Assembly (NCBI GenBank): GCA_039028615.1
Contig: JBCCHT010000034.1
Coordinates: forward strand, 80,944-144,943
Source of the DNA: Myxococcota bacterium
Lineage (GTDB): Bacteria; Myxococcota_A; Polyangia; Nannocystales; Nannocystaceae
DNA: 64,000 nt
Reading direction: 5' to 3'
Shown here: positions 26,634-36,404 of the stretch, piece by piece
How the letters are laid out: the number at the start of each line of letters is the position of its first letter
How positions within the stretch are numbered: position 1 is the stretch's first letter
Translations under genes and position numbers: made by a program
The notes under the pieces: generated by a model
What the model was told of the DNA's origin: nothing
Database searches by the model: none
Seen by the model: only the letters and a program-made list of their open reading frames with translations

Positions 26634-29600
26634 CTAGCGACCGCGGGTATTGCGATTGGAGGTGCCCAGACCGGCGGGCACCAGCAGATCGGTCAGCCGC
26701 GGCACCTCGGCGCCCCCCAAAAGCCGCTGGAAGCCCATGTCGTCGGTGGGCTCCACCGAGCCGGCCAGGTCTCGCGCCTGCCGGGCGAGCTCCTGCGCCC
26801 GCATCGGATCGCGCCCCGCGGCCCACAGAGCCTGTCCCAGCACGAGCTTGGTCTCGGCCAGGTTGAGCTGATCTTCGTCTTCGTGGTCGCGGATCTCGTG
26901 GGCACGCTCGAGCGACTCGATGGCGTTTTGCGGCGCATCGAGCTCGAGGTCGCTGCGACCGATTCCGGTGAGCGCATAGGCGATGAGGGGATGGTCCTCG
27001 GGCAGAGCGACCTCCCAGATCGTCAGCGCCTGCTGGTAGTGCTCGCGCGCCTCCATGTGCTCGCCGAGGCTCGACAGCGCGTTGGCCAGGTCGAGGTGCA
27101 CGGTCCCGAGATCGGGGTGGCTCTCGTCGAGCTCGGCTTGCCAGATCTCGAGCGCCCGCCGCAGGTGGGTGAGCCCGTCGAGCGGCCGCCCCTGCTCGGT
27201 GAGCACGAGGCCGAGGTTGGTGAGCGGATAGCCCAGATCGCGATGGTTCGCACCGACGGTGTCCTCGGCGATGGCCAGCGCGCGGCGGTGCAGGACCTCG
27301 GCCGCCTCGAGCTCTTCTTGGGTACGCTCGAGCAGCCCCTGGCGGTCGAGCACGCTGGCGAGCTCGCGACGCTGCCAGGGCGACATCGTGGGCGGCAGGG
27401 CTCCCTGTTCGTCGGTGGCGTGCACGGGGTCGAGGATCCAGCGCGCCCGCACGAAGGTGGCGTCGGCCTGCAGCTGCATGTCGGCCCCGAGCATGGCTCC
27501 ACCCAGGCGGGCCAGCGTCGCGCCGACCTGCGGGTGCTGGGCGCCCAAAATCTGCTCGCGCTTGGCGAGGGCCTGCTCGTAGACTTGGCGGGCGTCTTCG
27601 AAGAGCCCGAGGCCGTCGAGCGCCACCCCGAGGTCGTGGAGGAGATCGGCCATCACCAGCTCGGACACCGGCTCCTCGCGCTCGGCCAGGCGCTCGAGGG
27701 TTTCTTCGAGCTGCTCGCGGGCGTCCTCGTAGCGCCCCTGCTCGAGCTGCAACGACACCCGCGCCATGGTCAGGCGCACGCGCAGCGCGGGAGGATCGTG
27801 GGCGCGAACGATCGCCGCCTCGGCGGCCAGCGCCACGCGATGGCCCTCGGCATGCAAGCCCATGCGCTCGCCGACGATCCGCACCAGCTCGACCCAGGCT
27901 TCCGCTTCCAGCCCCGGACGCCGACCCGAGGCCGCCTGCACGACGACCTCCCGCAGCCGTCGCTCGGCGCCATGGGGCTCGTCCTGCATGTCGAGCGCCC
28001 GCGCCACGACCAGACCGACCTCCGCCTCCAGCCCCGGGTCTTGCAGGGCCCTGGCCGAGCCGAGCAAGGGCTCGGCCAGGCGAGCCGCCTCCGAGGGGGC
28101 GCCCGTCTGCAGCTGAACTCGGGCCTGTGCCACCAGCTCGCGTAGTGACGTGAGCCGCTGTCGTGAGTCCGAAGAGCTCGGGGGCTCGCGATCGGAGATG
28201 GCCAGCTCGAGCTCGACGTCGGCACACCGCGCCGGATCGGGCAGCGCGGTCGCGGCCACCAGCGCTCGCGACACCGTGCCTTCGTCGGCATCGGAGAGCT
28301 GCTCGATGAGCGCGGTCAAGTCGTTGCGCTGGACGTCGAGGCAGCGCAGCCCGGGCAGCGTGGACAGCTCCTGGTCGGTCTCGGGTGCCGCCGCCTGGCA
28401 CTGGCCCATCCACTCCTCGGACCAGCGCTCGGACCACGCATCGACGAGACGAATGGTGGACTGCCCCGAGGTGTCGGCGTAGGGCAGGCCCGTGGCCGAG
28501 AACGCGCTACGGACCGCTTCACGCTGCGGCGCGCCCCACTGATCTTCCAGCGAGACGGACTCGACCTGGCAACGATCCTGCTCGGGCGGCAGCGAGCTGA
28601 GATACGCACCCACCATCAACGAGCCCACGCCGAGGGTCACCGCCGCCGTCAGCCAGGGTCGCCGCGTCTCGGGCGGGTCCCGCTGCAGCTCGGCCAGCAG
28701 CGCGTCCATGGACGGAAAACGATCTTGGGGATCGATGGCTAGCCCGCGCAGCACCACCGACCGCAGCCAGTTGGGCACCCGGCTGCCCTTGGGAGCCGTG
28801 CGCACGTGCCCTTCGAGCACGTTGATCGCGAGCGAGGCGACGCTATTGCCTCCGAAGGGACGCTCGCCGTACAGGCCCTCGTACAGCGCAACGCAGAAGC
28901 TGAACTGATCGACCCAGGGATTGGAGCTCGTGCCCTTGTGCTGCTCGGGGGCCATATAGGCGGGCGTGCCGACCATCGCGCCCGTACGCGTGAGCACGAG
29001 GTTGGGCACGTCGAGCGGCTTGGGCACCGCGGTGGACTGCGCCTCGGCCAGGCGACTGGAGCTTTGGTTGGAGGACTGGCGAGCGAGGCCGAAGTCCATC
29101 ACCAGCACCCGATCGCCGCGACCGATGAGCACGTTGTCCGGCTTGAAGTCGCGGTGCACCAGCCCCACCGCGTGGGCGGCCGCCAGACCTCGGCCCGCCT
29201 TGACGAAGACCTCGATGATCTCGCTCCACTCGTGGTTGCCCTGCTCGAGCCACGCGCGCAGGGTCAGCCCGTCGATGAACTCCATCGCGATGAAGACCCG
29301 GTCCTCGAGGGTGCCGACATCGTGCACGGTGATGACGTGCGTGTGCGAGAGCTTGGCCATGGCCTTGGCCTCGCGGAGCAACCGCTCGCGACCGTCGCTG
29401 CCCCCGAGTGACGCGCTGGCCTGACCGTGCATGACCTTGAGCGCGACCTTGCGATCCAGCTCGGGATCGAAGGCCGCATACACGACGCCCATGCCACCCG
29501 CGCCCACCCGCTCGAGCACGGTGTAGCGCCCGACCTTGGTGCCCGCGACGATCCGATCCTCGATCTCGATCGAGTCCGGGATGTCCTCGACGAAGCTGGG

Positions 29601-29669
29601 GGCGGTCACCTCCAGGTCGATGTCGTCGGCGGAGGCCATGCTGCGGCCAGCGCTGATCTCGGGGTCCAT
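26634..29669 (-). CDS. Membrane Ser/Thr protein kinase with C-terminal TPR repeats
   Basis: VGAGGMGVVY, VALK, HRDFKPDN, DFGLA, GTPAYMAPE, TM, kinesin-light-chain-type TPRs. Start uncertain. Confidence 0.93.
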   Translation of the reverse strand: MDPEISAGRSMASADDIDLEVTAPSFVEDIPDSIEIEDRIVAGTKVGRYTVLERVGAGGMGVVYAAFDPELDRKVALKVMHGQASASLGGSDGRERLLREAKAMAKLSHTHVITVHDVGTLEDRVFIAMEFIDGLTLRAWLEQGNHEWSEIIEVFVKAGRGLAAAHAVGLVHRDFKPDNVLIGRGDRVLVMDFGLARQSSNQSSSRLAEAQSTAVPKPLDVPNLVLTRTGAMVGTPAYMAPEQHKGTSSNPWVDQFSFCVALYEGLYGERPFGGNSVASLAINVLEGHVRTAPKGSRVPNWLRSVVLRGLAIDPQDRFPSMDALLAELQRDPPETRRPWLTAAVTLGVGSLMVGAYLSSLPPEQDRCQVESVSLEDQWGAPQREAVRSAFSATGLPYADTSGQSTIRLVDAWSERWSEEWMGQCQAAAPETDQELSTLPGLRCLDVQRNDLTALIEQLSDADEGTVSRALVAATALPDPARCADVELELAISDREPPSSSDSRQRLTSLRELVAQARVQLQTGAPSEAARLAEPLLGSARALQDPGLEAEVGLVVARALDMQDEPHGAERRLREVVVQAASGRRPGLEAEAWVELVRIVGERMGLHAEGHRVALAAEAAIVRAHDPPALRVRLTMARVSLQLEQGRYEDAREQLEETLERLAEREEPVSELVMADLLHDLGVALDGLGLFEDARQVYEQALAKREQILGAQHPQVGATLARLGGAMLGADMQLQADATFVRARWILDPVHATDEQGALPPTMSPWQRRELASVLDRQGLLERTQEELEAAEVLHRRALAIAEDTVGANHRDLGYPLTNLGLVLTEQGRPLDGLTHLRRALEIWQAELDESHPDLGTVHLDLANALSSLGEHMEAREHYQQALTIWEVALPEDHPLIAYALTGIGRSDLELDAPQNAIESLERAHEIRDHEDEDQLNLAETKLVLGQALWAAGRDPMRAQELARQARDLAGSVEPTDDMGFQRLLGGAEVPRLTDLLVPAGLGTSNRNTRGR

Positions 29670-29857
29670 GAACTTCGCCAGCATGCCGGAGTCCCGCGCG
29701 TAGAACAACGTGCAGACGGTCGCACCCCGCCGTCGCGCGTCGCCCGGTCCCATCGCCGGACCACCCGAACGAGCCGCGAACCACTCGCCGACGAAAAGCG
29801 ACCGCTCGCGAAGCTTCGAGTGCGCCCCACCTTCACGTCCGAGGCATCATGGGTGGG

Positions 29858-30961
29858 ATGGTCACCCACGCTCCCCCGGCGTCACCGCTCGACGGGCCGG
29901 ACTTGGCCGCCCGCTCGTTGCTGCGCAGCACGTTGCGGGCGCTTTTGTGGCCACGGCGCCTGGTGCCAATCTTGTTACTCGGCGCGGTGTTGGTGATCGC
30001 CCAGGAGCGATTTTCGTACGAGTCCAACGCCAAGTGGTTGGGGGTACTGATGTGTGTGGTGTTCACCCTGGTGGCGCCCGTCACATGGAGAGCCCTGTTT
30101 CCCCCTAGCCTGGATGCACGCCCGACCTTCGCTCGCCCCTTCGGGCGACTGGCCGTCTACGGCCTCACTGGAGCCGGCACCGTGCTGCTGGTGGGTGGCG
30201 TCCTGCCCCAGCGCCTCGGCATCGGCCCCACCTTCATGACCTCGGACGTGAGCCTGTTGGTCTCCATCGCGCTGTTCTGGGTCGGCGGCTACGGGCTCGG
30301 CCGCGACATCGACATGGAATCTTCGCTGGCCTACGAGCGTGCACGGGGCCGACGACTCGAGGCCGAAGCCGAGCGCGCCCACCTGCTCGCGCTGCGCAGC
30401 CATCTCGACCCCCACTTTTTGTTCAACACCCTCAACGCCATCGCCGAGTGGTGCCGCGAAGACGGCGAGGTCGCGGAGCAAGCCACCCTGCGGCTGTCGG
30501 AGATGCTCCGCACCGTGCTCGATGCCACCCACCTGCCGGCCTGGCCCGTACGCAAGGAGCTCGACCTGGCCCGCACCTTGCTCGACCTGCACCGCATTCG
30601 CGACCCCGAGCGTTTCTCCATCGAGGTTCGGGGCGCCGACGAAGTGCCGCCGACTCAGGTCCCGCCGATGATCTTCCTGCCCCTGGTCGAAAACGCCGCC
30701 AAGCACGGCCCCAATGCGGGGCATCGCGGGCCCATCGTCCTGCGGGTCGCCCCGGAGGGTCAGCTGCTCGTGCTCGAGGTCGACAACCCCGGCCGCTTCG
30801 GTGGCGAGCGACCCGATGGCCAGGGGCTCGAGCAGGTCCGCCGCCGTCTCGCCCACGCCTACGGGGGCGCGGCGCGACTCGAGATCCACGCCGAAGGGGA
30901 ACGAACCCGCGCCCGCATCGAGCTGCCGCTCGACGCCCGCACCCCGGCCGCCAACGCCTGA
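29858..30961 (+). CDS. LytS/YehU-type sensor histidine kinase
   Basis: Four TMs; LRSHLDPHFLFNTLNAI; PPMIFLPLVENAAKHG; GQGLEQVRRRL. Confidence 0.92.
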   Translation: MVTHAPPASPLDGPDLAARSLLRSTLRALLWPRRLVPILLLGAVLVIAQERFSYESNAKWLGVLMCVVFTLVAPVTWRALFPPSLDARPTFARPFGRLAVYGLTGAGTVLLVGGVLPQRLGIGPTFMTSDVSLLVSIALFWVGGYGLGRDIDMESSLAYERARGRRLEAEAERAHLLALRSHLDPHFLFNTLNAIAEWCREDGEVAEQATLRLSEMLRTVLDATHLPAWPVRKELDLARTLLDLHRIRDPERFSIEVRGADEVPPTQVPPMIFLPLVENAAKHGPNAGHRGPIVLRVAPEGQLLVLEVDNPGRFGGERPDGQGLEQVRRRLAHAYGGAARLEIHAEGERTRARIELPLDARTPAANA

Positions 30962-30968
30962 ACTTGCC

Positions 30969-31715
30969 ATGTCCGACGACGTCTCCCCTCCCCTGCTCCG
31001 CGTGCTCGCAGCCGACGACGAGCTGATCGCTCGCAAGCGCCTCACTCGACTGCTGCGGGCGATGCCCGGCGTCGAGTTCATCGACTGTCTCAGCGGCGCC
31101 GACGAGGTGCTCGAGCGGCTCCAAGAAGAGGCCGTCGACGTACTCGTGCTCGACATCCAGATGCCGGGGCTCACCGGGCTCGAGCTGCACGCCTTGCTGC
31201 CCCGGCCCGCTCCCTACGTGATCTTCGCGACCGCCTACCCCGAGCATGCCGTCGATGCCTTCGACCTCGGCGCGGTGGACTATGTGCTCAAGCCGATCGA
31301 AGCGGGACGGCTGGGCAAGGCCATCGAGCGCGCGTGCTCGGTCGTGGCCACCCAGCGCAAGGCCGACAGCGTGGGCTCGGAGCGGCTGGCTCGGCTCCCC
31401 GTCACCACGCGCGAGGGCGTGGTGCTGCTCGATCCCTCCGAGCTCAGCCACGCGGTGTTCGACGGCACCCTCGTGACCCTCACCACCCGCAGCGGGCAGC
31501 GACACCTCACCGACGCCACCTTACAGGAGCTATCGGCGCGGCTCCCCGAGGATCGCTTCGTGCGAGCGCACCGACGGGCGCTGCTCAACATGTACGAGGT
31601 GGAACTGCTGCAGCCGATCGAGTCGGGCGGGTACTCAGCCCGCACCCGCATGGGCGACGAGGTGCCCGTCTCACGACAAAGCGCCCGCCGACTCCGACGG
31701 GCGCTCGAGCTGTAG
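30969..31715 (+). CDS. LytTR-family response regulator
   Basis: ADDE, LDIQMPGLTG, FATAY, DYVLKP, FVRAHRRALLN, VPVSRQ. Confidence 0.93.
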   Translation: MSDDVSPPLLRVLAADDELIARKRLTRLLRAMPGVEFIDCLSGADEVLERLQEEAVDVLVLDIQMPGLTGLELHALLPRPAPYVIFATAYPEHAVDAFDLGAVDYVLKPIEAGRLGKAIERACSVVATQRKADSVGSERLARLPVTTREGVVLLDPSELSHAVFDGTLVTLTTRSGQRHLTDATLQELSARLPEDRFVRAHRRALLNMYEVELLQPIESGGYSARTRMGDEVPVSRQSARRLRRALEL

Positions 31716-31732
31716 AGCCCCAGGACCGAAGC

Positions 31733-33316
31733 TCAGCGGGCCGTCGACGGCATCAGGCGACGCAGCGGCTTGCGGAGCGGCGAGGGCAGCGACAGCAGGC
31801 TGCGCGAGCGAACGCTGGCCGCCGCGGCCTTGCCCGCGACGACGCCGGTCGCCAAGCTCGGCACCACCCCGGGCGAGAACACCCCCGCCCCCGCGAGGAA
31901 CAGCCCGCCCACGGGGCCGGTGGGGCGGAAGCCACGGTGTCCGAACTGGGCCGGGATGGCACTCGGCCCGTAGATGGCCCCGTCGGGTGAGCCGACGAAG
32001 TGCTGGTTGGTCAGCGGCGTGGCGACGTCCTTGATGGCAACGTCCCCCACCAGGCCGGGCCAGCGGCGCTCGACCGAGGCCATGAGCACGTCGGCGGCCT
32101 CGGACTTGAAGGCCTCGTAGCTCTCGCTGCGCTTGAGCGCCTTTTCGTTCTGCCAGGCGGCAAAGGGCTGGAAGGGCGCCAGCGTGACGATCTCGAGCGT
32201 CGAGCAGCCCTCGGGAGCCATGGTCCCAGTGTCGTCCTTGAGCGAGTTGGGCGACAGGAAGAAGCCGTAGTCGTCGGGCAGCGTGCCGTCGCAGGTGGGG
32301 CCGAAGACCGAGTCGATGTCCCAGCTCGGGTAGTCCCACACGTTGAAGGCCCCCATGCCGTGATCCCGGAGGTCGCGCTCGAGGCCGAGGAACACGCACA
32401 AGCTGGCCACCGAGGGCACCGTGCGTCGGACCTTGCGGACGAGCCGACGGGGCAGGTGCTCGTCGTCGATGAGCTTGCCGTAGGTGAGGGTGGGGTCGAC
32501 GGCGGAGACGATGACGTCGGCCTCGATGAACTCGCCGTCGGCCAGGGTGACCCCGCGGACGCGACCGTTCTTCACCTCGATCTTGGCGACCTCGGCCCGA
32601 CGGCGGTAGCTGGCCCCCATGGCGCGGCCCTTGTCGACCAGCGCATCGCGAAGGCTGCCGCTGCCGCCCCGCGGGAAGTAGGAGCCGTCGATGAAGTGCA
32701 GCACCAACGCGGCCCCGAGCACGGCGGGCGCTCGGCTGGGAGGCAGGCCGTAGTCGCCACACTGGGCGGCCATGACGGCGCGGATCTTGGGGTTCTTGAA
32801 GCTGCCCTCGAGCAGCTGCGAGAAGGTCTGCAGGTACCAGCGCGCGCTCAGGCCCGCCCCGCGCAGCTGAGCCAAGCCCAGCCCCATCTTCTTGCGCAGG
32901 CTCAGGGCGTGCACGTCGGCGAGCTTGTCGAAGAAGGCGTCGATCTCCCGGGTGTCGGCGGGGAAGGCCTCGTGCATGCGCGCCCGGAATCGATCGAGAC
33001 CCTTGGGCACGCGCATCTCGAAGTCGGGGAAGCGAAAGACGTCGAAGCCGTCCGGGTCCATCTCGCAGAACAGCTCGGTCGCGTCGATGTCGAAGCGGCC
33101 CAGCACGCGGTTGAGCATGCCGCCCTCCCAGGCCGTGCCCACGTAGTGCACGCCCGGATCGAAGTGGTACTTGCGACGCTTGAAGGGGTTGAGGAAGCCG
33201 CCGAGTTGCTTGGCGCGCTCGAGCGCCACGACCTCGAAGCCAGACTGCGCCAGAGTTGCCGCCGCCGTGAGCCCGCCGGCTCCCGTCCCGATCACCACTG
33301 CCTTGTTTGCTCGCAT
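31733..33316 (-). CDS. Phytoene desaturase / retinol saturase-family FAD oxidoreductase
   Basis: VVIGTGAGGLTAA, FDPGVHY, YFPRGGSG, ATPLT, GAIYG, GLFLAG. Confidence 0.88.
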   Translation of the reverse strand: MRANKAVVIGTGAGGLTAAATLAQSGFEVVALERAKQLGGFLNPFKRRKYHFDPGVHYVGTAWEGGMLNRVLGRFDIDATELFCEMDPDGFDVFRFPDFEMRVPKGLDRFRARMHEAFPADTREIDAFFDKLADVHALSLRKKMGLGLAQLRGAGLSARWYLQTFSQLLEGSFKNPKIRAVMAAQCGDYGLPPSRAPAVLGAALVLHFIDGSYFPRGGSGSLRDALVDKGRAMGASYRRRAEVAKIEVKNGRVRGVTLADGEFIEADVIVSAVDPTLTYGKLIDDEHLPRRLVRKVRRTVPSVASLCVFLGLERDLRDHGMGAFNVWDYPSWDIDSVFGPTCDGTLPDDYGFFLSPNSLKDDTGTMAPEGCSTLEIVTLAPFQPFAAWQNEKALKRSESYEAFKSEAADVLMASVERRWPGLVGDVAIKDVATPLTNQHFVGSPDGAIYGPSAIPAQFGHRGFRPTGPVGGLFLAGAGVFSPGVVPSLATGVVAGKAAAASVRSRSLLSLPSPLRKPLRRLMPSTAR

Positions 33317-33389
33317 TGGGTTGTGCCCTTCGCCTCGGTCCCGCGCGGCGGCGTGCTGTACGCCGAACAAGTAACCCGCGGTAACTTGA

Positions 33390-33408
33390 AAGTGAACATT
33401 GCTTACAT
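33390..33408. promoter_or_regulatory. Probable TetR operator (imperfect dyad) between the divergent oxidoreductase and TetR genes
   Basis: AAGTGAACA-T-TGCTTACAT in an AT-rich patch just upstream of the TetR start. Confidence 0.45.
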
Positions 33409-33417
33409 CGACGGAAT

Positions 33418-34062
33418 GTGCAACCCCTTTTGTCTGTGGGAGCCCGCTATCACCACGGTCGGCTGCGTGAGGCCCTGCTCGAGGCCTCTCGCGAGATCTT
33501 GGGCGAATCCGGGGCCCGGGCGCTGTCGCTGCGGGAAGCCGCTCGCCGCGCAGGCGTCAGCTCGGCCGCGCCCTACCGCCACTTCCAAGACAAGGGCGCG
33601 CTGCTGGTGGCGCTGGCGCATGCGGCCTTCACTCGGCTGGATGCGCAGCTGGACGAGGTCGCCCGCGCCAACGCCGACAGCCCCGCGCTCGAGCGAGTGC
33701 AGCGGCTGGGCGTGACCTACGTCGGCTTCGCGGCGCAGCACCCCGCGGAGTTTCGCCTGATGTTCGGCGAGCTCGCGCCCGCGGCGGACAGCTCACCCGA
33801 GCTGGCGGCCATCACCGCTTCGACCGCGTCGCATCTGCCGCGAGCGCTGGCCGACCTCCGCTTCGAACACGACTCGGAATCACCGCCGCTGCAGGAACTC
33901 ACGCTGCTGGCGTGGTCGATCGTCCACGGGCTCTCCACGCTGTGGCTGGACGGGCACCTGCAACGCTTCGGAGACCACGGCGTCGAACTCGTGACCGAGC
34001 AGATCACCAGCGTGTTGGTCGCCGCTCTACAGGGCCGCATTCGCACCAAAGCTCCCGGCTAG
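33418..34062 (+). CDS. TetR/AcrR-family regulator (WHG-type C-terminus)
   Basis: YHHGRLREALL, LSLREAARRAGVSSAAPYRHF, AWSIVHGLSTL. Confidence 0.92.
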   Translation: MQPLLSVGARYHHGRLREALLEASREILGESGARALSLREAARRAGVSSAAPYRHFQDKGALLVALAHAAFTRLDAQLDEVARANADSPALERVQRLGVTYVGFAAQHPAEFRLMFGELAPAADSSPELAAITASTASHLPRALADLRFEHDSESPPLQELTLLAWSIVHGLSTLWLDGHLQRFGDHGVELVTEQITSVLVAALQGRIRTKAPG

Positions 34063-34087
34063 ACGATGATGTAGAGTCCGCCGGCCC

Positions 34088-34705
34088 ATGGTTCCCACGC
34101 CGCCTGCACGCACGCCCGACGGGACCCTCGAGGTCGTCACCACGCACCTCGAACTGCGCCAGCAACCGCGACCCCTCCGCGTCTCGATCCTCAGCCGGAC
34201 GCTCGCGGTGGTCCACGCGCAACGCTTCCCCCTGCACCTTTATCGCTACCTCTACGACACGGTCGGCGCGCCCTACCTGTGGTGGGAGCGACGGGAGATG
34301 GACGACCAGGAGCTGGCGGCGATCGTGCTCGACGAGCGGGTCGAGCTGCACCTGCTTCAGGTCGATGGCGTCCCGGCCGGCTTCGCCGAGCTCGATCGGC
34401 GCAACCCGGATCACGTGGTGCTGGCCAACTTCGGGCTGATGCCCGACTACCTGGGGCAAGGGCTCGGCCTGCACTTCCTCGGCCGCGTGGTCGACATCGC
34501 GTGGCGTGACGAGCAGGTGCAGCGGGTCACCGTCACCGTGGCCTCGACCGACCACCCCCGGGCGCTGCTCATCCACCAGCGCATCGGTTTTCAGGCCTAC
34601 AACGAGGTTCGCGAGCAGATCGAGGACCCCCGCGGCCGTGGTCTGTTCCCCGAGCTCGACGAAGACGCGCCGGCCAACACCGGCCCTTCGCCCGCGCAAA
34701 GCTGA
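34088..34705 (+). CDS. GNAT-family N-acetyltransferase
   Basis: YRYLYDTVGAPYLWWER, PAGFAELD, FGLMPDYLGQGLG, DHPRAL...IGF. Confidence 0.88.
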   Translation: MVPTPPARTPDGTLEVVTTHLELRQQPRPLRVSILSRTLAVVHAQRFPLHLYRYLYDTVGAPYLWWERREMDDQELAAIVLDERVELHLLQVDGVPAGFAELDRRNPDHVVLANFGLMPDYLGQGLGLHFLGRVVDIAWRDEQVQRVTVTVASTDHPRALLIHQRIGFQAYNEVREQIEDPRGRGLFPELDEDAPANTGPSPAQS

Positions 34706-34709
34706 AACG

Positions 34710-34734
34710 AAACCGTACAATCGTACGGTTTTTT
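34710..34734 (+). terminator. Inverted repeat with T-tract: intrinsic terminator and/or operator
   Basis: AAACCGTAC-AATC-GTACGGTTT followed by TTT, 5 nt after the GNAT stop. Confidence 0.6.
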
Positions 34735-34856
34735 CAAAGCTATTGAACCCGCCTCTCTGGCGGTGACCAGACCCGCGTGGCCGCGCCTTGTGGCGCGAAG
34801 AATCCGCGTGATAGCTCAATGATGCGGTCGATGACCGCGTGCGGATGGAGCGGGTG

Positions 34857-35963
34857 ATGGAATACGGCATTGCGAAACGAGGCGTGGTTTGGGGTCTGGG
34901 GACCCTGTTGGTGCTGGCGGGCTGCGGGACCGAAGACCCCGACGACGGCATGAGCAGCGCCGCGGGTGCCTCCGGCGGCGACGCCAACGACGACGCCGAT
35001 GCTCCGGCGACCGGCGACGAGCCGGGGGACGGGACCGGCTCGCCCGCGACCACCGACGCCGCGGAGACCGACGCCAACGACGACGACCCCCCCGGCGACG
35101 AGACCGACGGCGACGACGAGGGCACCGACGACGGAAGCACGGGCGAGCCGGGCGACGACACCGGAGTCTCGGAGGAGCCGGGGCCCGACCTGCGCGAGGC
35201 CGGACCGTTCTCCGTCGACGTCACTACGGGCAACGCTCCGCTGTCGACCGGCTGCTCGATGAACTACGACCTGTACGCGCCCGCGGGAGAAGCCGATGCC
35301 CCGGTGGTCGTGCTCGCGCACGGGTTCATGGGCAACCGCGCCTCGATGGCCGGCTGGGCCGATCACTGGGCCAGCTGGGGCCTCACCGTGGTCGCCCCCG
35401 ACTTGTGCCACGCCACCATCCTCGATGCCGACCACCCGCAAAACGGCGACGACCTGCGAGCGCTGGTCACCGAGCTCGACCTGGGCGGGGTGATCTACGC
35501 GGGGTACTCCGCGGGCGGTCTCGCGGCGGTGCTCGCCGCGGCCCAAGACGACCAGACGGTCGCACTGCTCGGCCTGGACATGGTCGACAACAGCGGGCAG
35601 GGAGCGGCCGCGGCCGCGAACATCGACGTGCCCGCGTTCGCCATCGCGGGCGAGCCCTCGAGCTGCAACGAGAGCAGCAACGGCCCTCCCATCTTCCTGT
35701 CGACGCCGCAGGGCCTGGCGCTTCGCATCACCGAGGCCGACCATTGCGACTTCCAGAGCCCGGCCGACTTCCTGTGTGGCCTGACCTGCTCGGGCACCAA
35801 CAACCAGTTCGACGACGCCTCGATCCAGGCGGCCGTGCGGGGCCTATCGACCGCGGTGGTCACCTGGCACTCGGGCGTCGAGCCCACCGGGACCCAGTGG
35901 TGGACCCCGGGCGCGCCCTACTACGAAGAGCTGTTCGACCTGGGCATCGTGCAGGTGCCGTAG
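34857..35963 (+). CDS. Lipoprotein alpha/beta hydrolase (chlorophyllase/cutinase-like) on an acidic stalk
   Basis: Lipobox LAGC; D/E/T/G-rich linker; LAHGFMG, GYSAGG, ADHCDF. Confidence 0.82.
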   Translation: MEYGIAKRGVVWGLGTLLVLAGCGTEDPDDGMSSAAGASGGDANDDADAPATGDEPGDGTGSPATTDAAETDANDDDPPGDETDGDDEGTDDGSTGEPGDDTGVSEEPGPDLREAGPFSVDVTTGNAPLSTGCSMNYDLYAPAGEADAPVVVLAHGFMGNRASMAGWADHWASWGLTVVAPDLCHATILDADHPQNGDDLRALVTELDLGGVIYAGYSAGGLAAVLAAAQDDQTVALLGLDMVDNSGQGAAAAANIDVPAFAIAGEPSSCNESSNGPPIFLSTPQGLALRITEADHCDFQSPADFLCGLTCSGTNNQFDDASIQAAVRGLSTAVVTWHSGVEPTGTQWWTPGAPYYEELFDLGIVQVP

Positions 35964-35966
35964 CTC

Positions 35967-36386
35967 CTAGGGCCGCGGCGCATCGCGATAGGTGAGGACC
36001 GCGACCTGGTCGGGGTCCTCCCACTTGATCTTGCCGGGCACGCGGTCGGTGCGGCGCTCCACGATGGGGATGCCAGTGCCGCGCACGAGCTCGGCCAACC
36101 GACGCGCCTGCTCCACGCAGACCTCGGCCTCGGCGCGGAACCAAAACCGCTCGTGATCGAGGCCGTCGTCGGGCGCGTCGAGTTCGTCGTAGAACCAGTC
36201 GAGGATCTCGTCGAGTTCCTCCTCTTCGCTCGTAGACAACTTCGGCCGGACGTCGGAGATATACGAGAACACGCCGTAGGGCTCCGACTCGTGCTCGAAG
36301 CGGATCCACGCCGTGGTCGTGCGGAGAGCAAGCGGCTCGGGCAGCGTGCGCCCGAGGTTTCGGAGGTAGCGCTTGCGGCGGGACAT
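35967..36386 (-). CDS. Small hypothetical protein
   Basis: Protein-like composition, GC-ending codons; fills the gap exactly; motifs LDWF..L..P, WFR, PG.I.WED..QV. Confidence 0.7.
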   Translation of the reverse strand: MSRRKRYLRNLGRTLPEPLALRTTTAWIRFEHESEPYGVFSYISDVRPKLSTSEEEELDEILDWFYDELDAPDDGLDHERFWFRAEAEVCVEQARRLAELVRGTGIPIVERRTDRVPGKIKWEDPDQVAVLTYRDAPRP

Positions 36387-36404
36387 CGAGCCGCCAGTAT
36401 AGCG

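Noticed and set aside
26634..29669. Ser/Thr kinase as the T6SS PpkA partner of TagH/TagF
   Set aside because: It is 9 kb from tagH and has the generic myxobacterial kinase-TM-TPR architecture; nothing ties it to T6SS.
31733..33316. crtI / carotenoid cluster
   Set aside because: No crtB/crtE nearby; it is a lone TetR-linked FAD oxidoreductase, so no gene symbol was assigned.
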